From the NCBI GenBank assembly GCA_963675745.2, contig CAXXWX010000020.1, positions 1-45,041 on the forward strand: DNA of 45,041 nucleotides. Direction: 5' to 3'. How positions within the stretch are numbered: the stretch's first letter is position 1; the number at the start of each line of letters is the position of its first letter. This stretch comes from Phycisphaerae bacterium. Lineage in GTDB: Bacteria > Planctomycetota > Phycisphaerae > UBA1845 > Fen-1342. This document shows positions 8,214 to 17,594 of this stretch, one piece after another. The position numbers and the translations under genes were made by a program. The notes below the pieces were generated by a model. That model was given only the letters and a program-made list of their open reading frames with translations. It did not search any database and was not told the DNA's origin.

Positions 8214-11200
8214 TCACGGCACTTCCGGTTGCGTTGTTGGCTGAGTGATGGGGCGAGTTGCCGGTTTGGTCGTTGACTGAGTGGTGGCCCCCCAAGCTTC
8301 GAGCTTCGTTTGCCACTCGGCAGCCTGCTCAGGCTTGTTGCAGGATTCGTAGAGCCCCACGATACGCTGGAGCGCCTCGCGCTTGCGAATGTCCAGCGCC
8401 AGTGGATTGTCGCGCATGCCAGCGTAGCCCGCCAGCAACAGCGGCTCGGCTTCTGCGAACTTGCTTTGTCCCGCTAACGCGCCCCCCAACAAACTCCTTG
8501 CGTTCGCGAGCAGCCAATGGTCGACGGGGAATTCCTTCTCACGAATCGCCAGGCACTCGCGCAGCGCCAGCTCGGCTTCCTCGTACTTTCCCTGCTGAAC
8601 CAGACATGTACTGAGCAGGGCGAGGTCGCCAGCGATGTCGATGTGGTCCTTCGGAAGCAATCTCCGGTGGATATCGAGAAGCTGCTTGCTCAACGCCTCG
8701 CCCGCGGTGTAATCCCCCTTGTTTACTAAGCACGCCGCCAGGTTGCTCATTGACGCCAGTGTCAACGGGTCTTCATCGCCGAGCAGTTCTTTCCGCGTAA
8801 CCAGTGCTTGACGGAAGAGCTGTTCAGCTTCTTTTGCCTTGCCTTCGGCGCTGAGCACCCAGGCGAGGGCATCCTGGCTGGCGGCCACGTCTTTGTGCTT
8901 ATCGCCCAGCAGCAGTCGACGGATCGTCAGGGCTTCCCGTAACAGCGGCTCGGCTTCGGCACGTCTTCCCTGGTTACGTAGCAGCCAGCCCAGATTAGAC
9001 AGATCAATTGCCACGGAAAGGTGCTCATCACCATGGAGCTTACGGTCCATTGCCAATGCTTCGAGGTACAGTGGCTCGGCTTCGGCAGGCTTTCCGTCTG
9101 TGTTCAATAGGACGGCGAAGTTATTCAGATGCACGGCTAGATCACGGTGTCCATTCGGGTGCGCGTTTCGCAGAGCCACAAGGGCCTCTCGATAAAGCGG
9201 CTTGGCCTCAGCTCGTTTGCCCTGAGCGCCAAGCACCGACGCGAGGCTGCGCATCGCCGCCACCGTGTCGGGGTGTTGGGTGCCAAGCACACGACGACGC
9301 CCGGCTAGTACGTCGCGGTAGCACCCTTCTGCTACGGCCAAGTCACCTTGGGCATTGCGCAGCCAAGCCACATATGTCAAGGCACTGAGGGTGGCTGGGT
9401 GCGCGTCACCCAGGGCGCGCCTGTAGGTTTCCAGGGCCGTAACAAACAATGGCTCGGCATCCGAGTGCCGCCCCTGCCGCATGTATATCGCGCCGAGATC
9501 GAGCATCGTGCTTGCTGTGCCAATGTGTTCGTCGCCCAGATTGCGACGGCAAACCTCCAACGCTGCTCTCGCGAGCGGTTCGGCAGCGTCGTAGCGCGCT
9601 TGTTGTGTGTACAGCCGGACCAGATTGCCCATTGAAGCCAGCGTCTTCGGGTGCTCATCGCCCAGCAAGCGACGCAACGACTCGTACGACATGAGCTGAA
9701 GTGGTTCGGCTTCCTCATAGCGCCCTTGGTCCTGGTAGAGTCGTGCCAGCATATTCATGACGACGAGCGTTTGTTGATGCTCCTCGCCGAGGACCTTGCG
9801 GTTCAACGCCAGCGCCTCGCGTAGCAAGGGCTCTGCCTCGGCATAGCGGCCTTGTTCCTGATACACGCAGCCCAGGTTCGAGATAAGGACCCGCGTGTGT
9901 GGATGTTCGTCGGTAAGGGTCCTTCGGCTGGCCTCAAGCGCCGGAAGGAGCAGGGTCTCTGCCTCATCATAGCGGCCCTGATCGCGGTAGAGTGTCGCCA
10001 GCGAGCCTGTCGCACTGAGTGTGCGCGGGTGCTCTTTGCCGAAGATCTTGTGATTAGACGCCAGCGCCTCACGCAGCAAGGGCTCCGCCGCAGCCGGTTT
10101 GCCCTGCGTCTGAAGCAAAGCGCCCATGTTACTTACCGAGGTGATTGTCACCGGGTGCTCGTCACCAAGGACGCGGCGGCTGGACTCGAGCGCTTCGCGG
10201 AAGTACTGCTCAGCCTGTGTCAGCTTGCCCTGTGCTTGGAGCAATGAACCCATGTTGTTGATCGAGGCCAGCGTGTCGCTGTGCTCGTCACCCAGGACAC
10301 GGCGTCTGGAATCTAGCGCTTCACTTAAGAGCGCTTCTGCTTTGGCCCACTTCCCCTGTGATTGGAGCAGGACGCCCAAGTTGCTGATCGACTTCAGTGT
10401 GTCCCGGTGGTCATCACCGAGCAGGCGCCGCCTGGATTCTGCCGCCTCACGTGAATAGACCTCAGCCTCAGTCAGTCTCCCCTTGGTATGCATCAGTGCC
10501 CCCAAGCTGCTGATGGAGTCCAGCGTGTCCGGGTGGTCGCCACCCAAGACGCTGCGGCGGCGTTCCAGCGCCTCGCGATAAAGCGCCTCGGCCTGCTCCG
10601 GCTTGCCCTGCCAATAGAGCAGATCGCCCATGTCAGCAATCGAACTCAGCGTGTCTGGGTGATCGTTTCCCAGAACGCGCCGTCGCGATGTGAGCGCCTC
10701 CTGGAGGTACGGTTCTGCGTCGGCTAATTCGCCCTGGCTACTGAGCACGCGCCCCATCGTGCTGATCGCCGTCAGCGTGCCAGGGTGCGCGGCGCCCAGT
10801 GCCGTGCGCCATTCCTCCAGGGCATCCATAAGCAGTGACTCAGCCTCGGCGTAGTGCCCTTGGGTCCATGACACCATGGCCAGGACGGTCTGGGTTCTCA
10901 ACGTCGCGATGTGCTCGTCGCCCAGAACACGCTGCATAGACTCGAGCGTGTCAGTCAGAATGGCTCCGGCCTGGTCGAGTTGTTGCTGAGAGTACCTGAG
11001 TGCCCCTAGGGCGTACATCGATGCCAACGTGTCCGGGTGCTCATTGCCCAGGAGACGCCGCCGCGCATCAAGCACCTTGACGCACAACAGCTCGGCGTCG
11101 TCATAGCGACACTGGCTGCTGCGTAGGTCTGCCAGGCAAGCGAGCGAGTCGAGCGTGTCCTGATGCTCATCTCCCAGCAATTTCTGCCGGCATTCCAATG

Positions 11201-14200
11201 CAGCCAGCACGAGCGTCTCGGCCTCAGCGAATCGGGCCTGCTGCCCAAGCGCCCACGCGAGCTGATTGGCAACGTGTAGCGTGTGCGGATGTTGCTCGCC
11301 AAGGACCCGGCGCCGGCCCTCCAGTGCTTGTCGGTAATATGACTCCGCCACCGGGAAATCCCCCTGGTCCCCGCGCAACCATGCAACGTCGGCCAGCGCG
11401 CCGAGTGTCTTGGGGTGTTCGTCGCCGAGCTTGCGCTGGCAAATCTCAAGTGCCTCTTCGAACAGTGGTTGCGCCAGTTCATGGCGACCACGGTACATGA
11501 GCACTTCTCCCAACCAGCGCAAACTCACTGCGTACTCGGGATGCTGCTCGCCGAGCATCTCGCGGTTGAGCGCCAGCGCCTCCCGGCACAGGCGCTCGGC
11601 AGCGTCATAATTGCCAGTCTCCCGGAGCAGCAGCGCGAGACTCTGTAAGCTGCGCACCGTGTCCGCGTGCGCGTCGCCCAGCGCCTGGCGTCTGATCGCC
11701 AGTGATTCGCGATAGAGCGGCTCGGCGGCCGCAAAATCGCCCGTATCCCGCAGCAGATCCGCCAGGTTGCACATGATCATCCCGACGGTGGGGTGCGCGT
11801 CACCCAGTATGCGGCGATCGATTGCGAGCGCCTCACGGTACAGTGGCTCCGCAGCGTCGTATTCGTGTTGGTCATGAAGGAACACTGCCAGGCTGTTCAT
11901 ACTCGACACCGTCGTCGGGTGCTCGTCACCGAGCGATGTGCGACGCATCTCCAGCGCCTTGCGATATAACGGCTTAGCGGCAACATAGTCACCTTGATCG
12001 TGCACTAAGGCAGCAAGCGCTGCCATGCTGTCGGCGACGCTTGGATGTGCATCACCGAGCCCTTTTCGGCAGATCGTCAGGGCCTCGCGGTACAGCGTGT
12101 CAGCAGTCTCGTAATCACCCTTGTCTTGCGCCACTGCGGCCAGATTGTGCAAGCTCGTCGCAAGAGCGGGATGATCGCCGGGCAATGCGTCGCGGCGGAT
12201 GGCCAGCGCTTCGCGATACAGTGGTTCGGCGCCACCGATGTCGTTCTGGTCGTGTAGAATCACGGCCAGATTGTTCAGACTCGAGGCCACGCTCGGATGC
12301 TTGTCACCCAGCAGACTACGCCTGATCGCGAGCGCCTCACGACAGAGCTGCTCGGCTTCGACGTACTCGCGTTTGCTGCACAGCAGCATCGCAAGGCTGT
12401 CCAGGGCTTGTGCGACATCTAGGTGCTGGCTCCCCAGCGTGTTGCGATACGCTGGCAGAGCCTCGCGGTACAGACGCTCGGCCTCATCGTAATCGGCCAG
12501 AGCGTGCAGCAGGTTCGCCAGGTTGTGCAGGCTCTCGGCGACAGCCGGATGGTCACCGTCTGCCAATGTGCGCCGCATGGCCAGCGCCTCGCGGTACAAG
12601 CGCTCGGCCTCATCGTACTCTGCTTCTGTCAGCAGCAGATTCGCGAGGTTGTTTATACTCTCGGCGAGGTCCAGATGCTCGTCACCCAACAGCGTGCGGC
12701 GCAGCGCCAGCGCCTCGCGGTACAGCGGCTCGGCCTTGCTGTAGCGGCCCTGGGCTTGGTATAGCGCAGCCAGGTCGTTCATCGACTTTGGCGTGTTGGG
12801 ATGTGTGTTGCCTAAGCAATCCTGCCAAAGCCCGAGGGCCACCTTGAGGTGCGGTTCGGCAAGGCTATATTCCCCGATCGCCCGGTACGTGTTGCCGATC
12901 GTGCCGCGGATCGACGCTTCGACCTCCGGTTGATCACTCAGCTCAGTCTCGATGCGCTCGGAGGCCCGGTCGAGGATCATGCGCATGAGCGCTTTGTCAA
13001 GCGTACCCGCAACTTCGGGGTCGACCCCCGCGAGCATCTCCTTTGTGAAGCGGACAACTGCGTCCGACTCGGCGGCGGCGATTCTCGCACGCTCGGCTTC
13101 ATCTTCGGCCCGGACGCGCTGACGGACGGCCTGTCGCCAGAAGGCCGAGGACAACACAAACCCGACTGCGATGAGCAAGGTAAACAAGACGCCGATCGTG
13201 GCTGGTACGCGATAGCGGTGAAGCTGCTTGCGCAGCACGTACATGGCACTGTCGCGCTTGGCCTCGATCGGCTCGCCGTCCAGGTAGTGACCGATGTCGC
13301 GGGCCAGCTCACCGGCGGTCTGATAGCGCCGCTCACGCTCCTTGCTGAGGCACTTCAGGACGATTGTCTCAACTTCGTCGTTGACCTGCCGGCGGATGGT
13401 GCTCGGGCGGGTTGGCGAGGCGTTTATGATCCGGTCCAACACGTCGCGCATGTTCCCGGCGACCTCGTAGGGGAATCTACCGGTGAGCATTTGGTACAGC
13501 ATTACACCCAGCGAGTACACGTCGGTGCGGATATCGATCTTGGCGGGAATCGCCTCGGCCTGCTCGGGCGAGGCCCATGGCAGACTACCCATGAACTGGC
13601 CGGTCAGCGTCATCATCTCCGGCCGCGAGCCGTCAGTGACCTGCCCCACCGTGATCTTGGCCAAGCCGAAGTCCAGGATGTGCGGCATGCCCTCAGCATC
13701 GATGCGGATGTTGCCAGGCTTTAGATCGCGGTGGATCACGCCATGGAGGTGCGCCGCGTTCACGGCCTCGCAAATGCGGATGAAAAGGCGCAGAGTGTCC
13801 TCTACGGAGTGCGCACTGCCGCTCATCCAGGTGCTGAGCGACATGCCGGCGATGTAGTCCATCACGAAGTAGAAGCTGCCACTGACGCTGCCGCTGTCGT
13901 GGATCGTGACAATGCTGGGGTGATTGAGCTGTCCGAGGACTTCGATTTCGCGTTCGAAGCGCGCCGTGTCGCGCTGACCGGCGAACGGCCCCTCCTTCAT
14001 GACTTTGATGGCGACCTTGCGTCGCGTGGATTTCTGGATTGCTTGATAGACGACTCCCTGCCCACCACGGTGCAGTTCGCGCACGATCTCGTAGCCGGGG
14101 ATTGAGTCAGCTTGCACGGGGGACGGCGGCTCCATCGTGTCGCCAACCTCGCTCGTCTCCCGATCCGCAGCCAACGTCATCGCGTCCTCCATGTAGTGCT

Positions 14201-14381
14201 CGACGTCGGCAGCGCTCGGTGTCTTGGCTTCCTGCTCAGCCCGAGCGAGCATTTCCTCAACGTTCCGCAACAATTCGCTGTCACCGGCGCAGGCTTCACG
14301 CAGAAACACAATCCGGTGCGCGGCGGGCTGCTCCAACGCCGCCCGGTAGAGCTGATAGATCTTTACGCGGTCCTCAGCCAT
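8214..14381 (-). CDS. Hanks-type Ser/Thr protein kinase with a TM helix and a very long array (~35) of 42-aa TPR repeats
   Basis: Motifs RGGQGVVY, VAIK, HRDLKPGN, DFG, SPE. TM IGVLFTLLIAVGFVLSSAFW. LGxxHPxT...AEPLYREAL repeats. Start set at MAEDRV (14381) by homology to 23904. Confidence 0.95.
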   Translation of the reverse strand: MAEDRVKIYQLYRAALEQPAAHRIVFLREACAGDSELLRNVEEMLARAEQEAKTPSAADVEHYMEDAMTLAADRETSEVGDTMEPPSPVQADSIPGYEIVRELHRGGQGVVYQAIQKSTRRKVAIKVMKEGPFAGQRDTARFEREIEVLGQLNHPSIVTIHDSGSVSGSFYFVMDYIAGMSLSTWMSGSAHSVEDTLRLFIRICEAVNAAHLHGVIHRDLKPGNIRIDAEGMPHILDFGLAKITVGQVTDGSRPEMMTLTGQFMGSLPWASPEQAEAIPAKIDIRTDVYSLGVMLYQMLTGRFPYEVAGNMRDVLDRIINASPTRPSTIRRQVNDEVETIVLKCLSKERERRYQTAGELARDIGHYLDGEPIEAKRDSAMYVLRKQLHRYRVPATIGVLFTLLIAVGFVLSSAFWRQAVRQRVRAEDEAERARIAAAESDAVVRFTKEMLAGVDPEVAGTLDKALMRMILDRASERIETELSDQPEVEASIRGTIGNTYRAIGEYSLAEPHLKVALGLWQDCLGNTHPNTPKSMNDLAALYQAQGRYSKAEPLYREALALRRTLLGDEHLDLAESINNLANLLLTEAEYDEAERLYREALAMRRTLADGDHPAVAESLHNLANLLHALADYDEAERLYREALPAYRNTLGSQHLDVAQALDSLAMLLCSKREYVEAEQLCREALAIRRSLLGDKHPSVASSLNNLAVILHDQNDIGGAEPLYREALAIRRDALPGDHPALATSLHNLAAVAQDKGDYETADTLYREALTICRKGLGDAHPSVADSMAALAALVHDQGDYVAAKPLYRKALEMRRTSLGDEHPTTVSSMNSLAVFLHDQHEYDAAEPLYREALAIDRRILGDAHPTVGMIMCNLADLLRDTGDFAAAEPLYRESLAIRRQALGDAHADTVRSLQSLALLLRETGNYDAAERLCREALALNREMLGEQHPEYAVSLRWLGEVLMYRGRHELAQPLFEEALEICQRKLGDEHPKTLGALADVAWLRGDQGDFPVAESYYRQALEGRRRVLGEQHPHTLHVANQLAWALGQQARFAEAETLVLAALECRQKLLGDEHQDTLDSLACLADLRSSQCRYDDAELLCVKVLDARRRLLGNEHPDTLASMYALGALRYSQQQLDQAGAILTDTLESMQRVLGDEHIATLRTQTVLAMVSWTQGHYAEAESLLMDALEEWRTALGAAHPGTLTAISTMGRVLSSQGELADAEPYLQEALTSRRRVLGNDHPDTLSSIADMGDLLYWQGKPEQAEALYREALERRRSVLGGDHPDTLDSISSLGALMHTKGRLTEAEVYSREAAESRRRLLGDDHRDTLKSISNLGVLLQSQGKWAKAEALLSEALDSRRRVLGDEHSDTLASINNMGSLLQAQGKLTQAEQYFREALESSRRVLGDEHPVTITSVSNMGALLQTQGKPAAAEPLLREALASNHKIFGKEHPRTLSATGSLATLYRDQGRYDEAETLLLPALEASRRTLTDEHPHTRVLISNLGCVYQEQGRYAEAEPLLREALALNRKVLGEEHQQTLVVMNMLARLYQDQGRYEEAEPLQLMSYESLRRLLGDEHPKTLASMGNLVRLYTQQARYDAAEPLARAALEVCRRNLGDEHIGTASTMLDLGAIYMRQGRHSDAEPLFVTALETYRRALGDAHPATLSALTYVAWLRNAQGDLAVAEGCYRDVLAGRRRVLGTQHPDTVAAMRSLASVLGAQGKRAEAKPLYREALVALRNAHPNGHRDLAVHLNNFAVLLNTDGKPAEAEPLYLEALAMDRKLHGDEHLSVAIDLSNLGWLLRNQGRRAEAEPLLREALTIRRLLLGDKHKDVAASQDALAWVLSAEGKAKEAEQLFRQALVTRKELLGDEDPLTLASMSNLAACLVNKGDYTAGEALSKQLLDIHRRLLPKDHIDIAGDLALLSTCLVQQGKYEEAELALRECLAIREKEFPVDHWLLANARSLLGGALAGQSKFAEAEPLLLAGYAGMRDNPLALDIRKREALQRIVGLYESCNKPEQAAEWQTKLEAWGATTQSTTKPATRPITQPTTQPEVP

Positions 14382-14463
14382 GCTCAATCCTCTTCGGCGA
14401 GGAACTGCCTCGGCCAATCCGGGCTTGGCGAGCACACCAGCAAGCGCAGTGTGAGCACACCCT
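14374..14463 (-). pseudogene. Scar of a deleted ECF sigma gene (RBS plus the last ~15-20 codons)
   Basis: Retains the AGGGTGTG RBS (14456-14463), as at 24475-24482. Decayed DWPRQFLA/RIEHG* matches NWLRQCLVRRIEDG* of the ECF at 23897-24472, with the same ATGGCTGA overlap onto the kinase start. Confidence 0.7.
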
Positions 14464-14486
14464 GGTTGACAAAAGCGTGTCGTTTC

Positions 14487-14514
14487 TGACGGGGCACCAA
14501 GGAGATTCTCGCAG
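14487..14514 (+). promoter_or_regulatory. Putative ECF promoter TGACGG-N17-CGCAG
   Basis: Exact motif 50 nt before ATG 14565. The context CGTTTCTGACGG...GATTCTCGCA is shared with 24506-24538. Confidence 0.7.
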
Positions 14515-14564
14515 GGTGGTTTGGACGCGGCAAGTGGTCAGGTGGGCCCTGGGAGCTGTAAACG

Positions 14565-14750
14565 ATGCTGGCAAGACTCGTATACAACGCGGTGATGGCC
14601 ATTATCATCGTTCTAATCAGCGCGGTGGCGACGGGTTGCATCCCCAACAAACCCCACAACACTGCAAAACAGCTCCTCTCCGAGCCGGCGTCGATGTTGC
14701 GCTATGACGTGGCGCCCGAAGTCGCCAAGATCGAACTGCCCGGCGCATAG
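14565..14750 (+). CDS. Small (61 aa) putative lipoprotein, possibly truncated
   Basis: GGAG RBS, hydrophobic stretch AIIIVLISAVATGC ending in a lipobox-like Cys, located downstream of the promoter motif. Confidence 0.5.
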   Translation: MLARLVYNAVMAIIIVLISAVATGCIPNKPHNTAKQLLSEPASMLRYDVAPEVAKIELPGA

Positions 14751-14895
14751 AAATAGAAATCGAACGTCCGGCTTGGTGGCAGCGAGCTGGAAGTTCGCCA
14801 CCTCGCAGTCGCTACGACAGTCACACACATACGCAGCGGGAGCGCGCCTGACCCACGCAGGTCTCATGACGCACTCCCGCATTGACGCGGCGAGG

Positions 14896-16716
14896 CTAGT
14901 CGATCTGGGCAGTCAGCTCGAAGGGCTCCGTCACAGCCTTGCTACCGACCCTGACAACCAGGTCTCCGGCGACCACATACCGCCCCGCGCTGACGCGCGG
15001 ATACGTGGCGTCGGCCTCCACGTTGATGTAGCCCGTGCTGGCACCCGTTCCGAGGCCGGCGAAGGCCGCCTTGAGCCCCGCGGCGTCGGAGCTGGGTGTG
15101 AAGGTGCCGCCGGTCTCAGATGCGACACGCATCAGCTCGCTGAAGTCGGGATCGGTGCCGAGCCCGACCGCGAGGATGCGGCTACCCTGGGAAAGCGCGT
15201 GCGAAATCAACTCGTCCGTTCCCCGTGAGCCGCCATCATCCTCGCCGTCGGTCAGCAGAACCACGTAGCCGCGTCCGGCCGACGAGGTTGCCAGTCGATC
15301 CAGTGCATCCTCGGCCGCGCGCCAAAGCCCGGTCGCACCGCCGTCGTCAAAGGCCTGAATCGCGGCGCGCAGCGCGGTGCGGCTGTCAGTGAAGTCCTGC
15401 AGCAACCTGGGGCTGCTGTCAAATTCGGTGATCGCCACTTCGTCACCCGCGACCACCTGGTCGATGAACGCGTTGCCGCCCGCGCGCCGGCCTGAACTGT
15501 CGGCGTCATTGCCGCCTCCCCACCATCCAGGCCCCATGCTGCCGCTTGTGTCAAACACAAGCACGGCCGTCAGCCGTCCACCCGCCGAAGCCCCCACCAC
15601 GGAGATGCCAGTCGGTACGGCGTCGGCGCTGATGTCCGCACCGCCACTGCTGGGCCGCAGCGTGACGTTACGGAAGGTGAAGTTGGCCGTAGTGAGGCCG
15701 GAACTGACCAGGTCGCCATCATCATCGCGGACCGTGACACTGAGCGTGAGCTTCCCACCGGTCTCGTCAAGATCGGTCACTCCGCCAATGAGGACGGCGT
15801 CATGGAATCCTCCGGTGTCGTCCCCACCGGAGACCCCGAGGAACTCGAATCGGGTCGTCGTGCCGATGACGCGCGCATACAGATCGCGCTCACCCAGGCT
15901 GCCGCAGGTGCGCTCTGCAACCAGAGCCCCATCGTTGATGACTATGGACAGTTCGGCGCCGTCGCGTTCGAATTCGACCTTGTTCATACCGTCGCAGAGC
16001 TCGACCGTACCCAGGTGCTCGTCGTCGAAGGCGGTACCGTCGAGGTCAACCCAGTATTGGCCACCCTCGTCGTGGCTGATGAAGAGCACCACGCTCTTGT
16101 CGTCGAGATAGAACGCCAACGAGTTAGCCCACTTCCCATCCGGCGTGTCAATGGCGAGCACCTCGAAATAGGCTGTCGCTGTTGCATCGCCAGGCAGAGG
16201 CGCACTCAGCGTCGAGTTTCGATAGTGCCCGCTCGGCGCCGTCAGGTCGAAGGCACCGCTCCCGAAGCTGCGGCTCGGACACTCGCCGGTCTCCACCGTC
16301 GGATCCGAGTCACCGCCGCTGTCGTCGGCGTCGTCAGCGTTGTCATCCTCGTCAGATGAGGCGTCCGAGTCGTCAGCGCTTTCATCGCCATCCGACCCAG
16401 CGGCGATGTCATCCGCACCCGCCTCGTCTTTACCGGCATCACCGTCGTCGGGCGCTGTGTGGGTGGCGCTGCCGGAATCCCCATCATCGCCCGGGTTGCT
16501 GCTGATGTCTGCTCCGTCAGTGGCCGCGACATTGTTCGATGACTGTTCCGTTTGTGACTGTGTGTCGAATTGCTGGCTGAACTGGACGTCGTTGGTAACC
16601 GTCTGGACTGGCGTAACGGCTGGGCACCCGGCGATGGCCAGAATAGCGCTGAGGAGACCAGGAACCAGGATGAGCGTACGGCCCGACTGACGCAGGTTTC
16701 GGTGATATCGTGACAT
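14896..16716 (-). CDS. Lipoprotein with an acidic low-complexity linker, a beta-rich domain and a C-terminal von Willebrand A domain
   Basis: Lipobox IAGC, D/S/G-rich linker, MIDAS motifs FDTSGSM...GATGLW...LLTDG. Confidence 0.88.
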   Translation of the reverse strand: MSRYHRNLRQSGRTLILVPGLLSAILAIAGCPAVTPVQTVTNDVQFSQQFDTQSQTEQSSNNVAATDGADISSNPGDDGDSGSATHTAPDDGDAGKDEAGADDIAAGSDGDESADDSDASSDEDDNADDADDSGGDSDPTVETGECPSRSFGSGAFDLTAPSGHYRNSTLSAPLPGDATATAYFEVLAIDTPDGKWANSLAFYLDDKSVVLFISHDEGGQYWVDLDGTAFDDEHLGTVELCDGMNKVEFERDGAELSIVINDGALVAERTCGSLGERDLYARVIGTTTRFEFLGVSGGDDTGGFHDAVLIGGVTDLDETGGKLTLSVTVRDDDGDLVSSGLTTANFTFRNVTLRPSSGGADISADAVPTGISVVGASAGGRLTAVLVFDTSGSMGPGWWGGGNDADSSGRRAGGNAFIDQVVAGDEVAITEFDSSPRLLQDFTDSRTALRAAIQAFDDGGATGLWRAAEDALDRLATSSAGRGYVVLLTDGEDDGGSRGTDELISHALSQGSRILAVGLGTDPDFSELMRVASETGGTFTPSSDAAGLKAAFAGLGTGASTGYINVEADATYPRVSAGRYVVAGDLVVRVGSKAVTEPFELTAQID

Positions 16717-16796
16717 GACAAGCACCCTTTCTGAAAAAACCCACTCGAGATCGATTGCTGGTGAGGCGGTCGAGGTTCCGCCTCAGCCACGGATAC

Positions 16797-16824
16797 TTGC
16801 GTGGCTCGTCGCTGTCGGCCGTCA
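16797..16824 (-). promoter_or_regulatory. Putative ECF promoter TGACGG-N17-CGCAA for the vWA lipoprotein
   Basis: The minus strand reads TTGACGG CCGACAGCGACGAGCCA CGCAA, ~80 nt before ATG 16716. Confidence 0.7.
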
Positions 16825-16902
16825 ATTTTCTTATACTTTTTCTGGGCCGACGGCCGCAGATGAAACAGTCGCGCACGACGGACGAAAAAAACCGCGCGGA
16901 TT

Positions 16903-16930
16903 TGACGGTTGCTCGGCCGATCAACCGCAG
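16903..16930 (+). promoter_or_regulatory. Putative autoregulatory ECF promoter TGACGG-N17-CGCAG
   Basis: Exact motif ending 13 nt before ATG 16944 of the ECF gene. Confidence 0.7.
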
Positions 16931-16943
16931 GATCGGGCGTGAG

Positions 16944-17594
16944 ATGCCGGGTGGCAAAAAACCGCAGGTTGAGTTGACGGCGCTTCTGAGGCGGATGCGC
17001 GGGGGCGACTCCGCGGCCGGACAGGTGTTCGCGCGCGAGGTCTACCACGAATTGCGCCAGATGGCCGCAAACCTGATGTGGCGCGAACGCCGGAATCACA
17101 CATACCAACCGACCGACCTGGTGAACGAAGTGCTCGGCCGCTTTCTGGGTGATGGCACAATCGAGCACGCTGCGGACCGACGGTACTTCTTTGCGTCCGC
17201 GGCGCGAGCCATGCGACGCATTCTGATCGACCACGCACGACAGCGGCAGGCGCAACGGCGTGGGGGTGGCTTGCGGCGCGTACCGCTCGATGAGATGGTC
17301 GAGGTGTTTGAATCGGAGCGAATCGACCTGGTTGCCCTGGACGAGGCACTCGACGCACTGCGCGAGGTGGACCAGCAGGCAGCAGAGTGCATCGCGCTAC
17401 GGCTCTTCTGTGGTCTAACGAATGCGGAGATCGCCGCGCAGCAAGGCGTGTCACTGAGCACCATCGAACGCGAGCACCGCTTCGCCCGCGCTTTTCTGAA
17501 TCGGGCGCTGTCGGGAGGAAGGCAGGATGACACCGCAGCAATGGGAACGCGCCCGAAGACTGTTCTCGACGATCACCCAGAGGCCGACACCTGA
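16944..17594 (+). CDS. ECF sigma-70 factor, Ser/Thr-kinase-associated (TIGR02999-like)
   Basis: Motifs VYHELRQMA, HTYQPTDLVNE, YFFASAARAMRRILIDHAR and region 4 LRLFCGLTNAEIA. Start inferred at MPGGKK. The 68-nt overlap with the kinase may reflect a lost stop at the ATGA junction (17527-17530). Confidence 0.92.
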   Translation: MPGGKKPQVELTALLRRMRGGDSAAGQVFAREVYHELRQMAANLMWRERRNHTYQPTDLVNEVLGRFLGDGTIEHAADRRYFFASAARAMRRILIDHARQRQAQRRGGGLRRVPLDEMVEVFESERIDLVALDEALDALREVDQQAAECIALRLFCGLTNAEIAAQQGVSLSTIEREHRFARAFLNRALSGGRQDDTAAMGTRPKTVLDDHPEADT

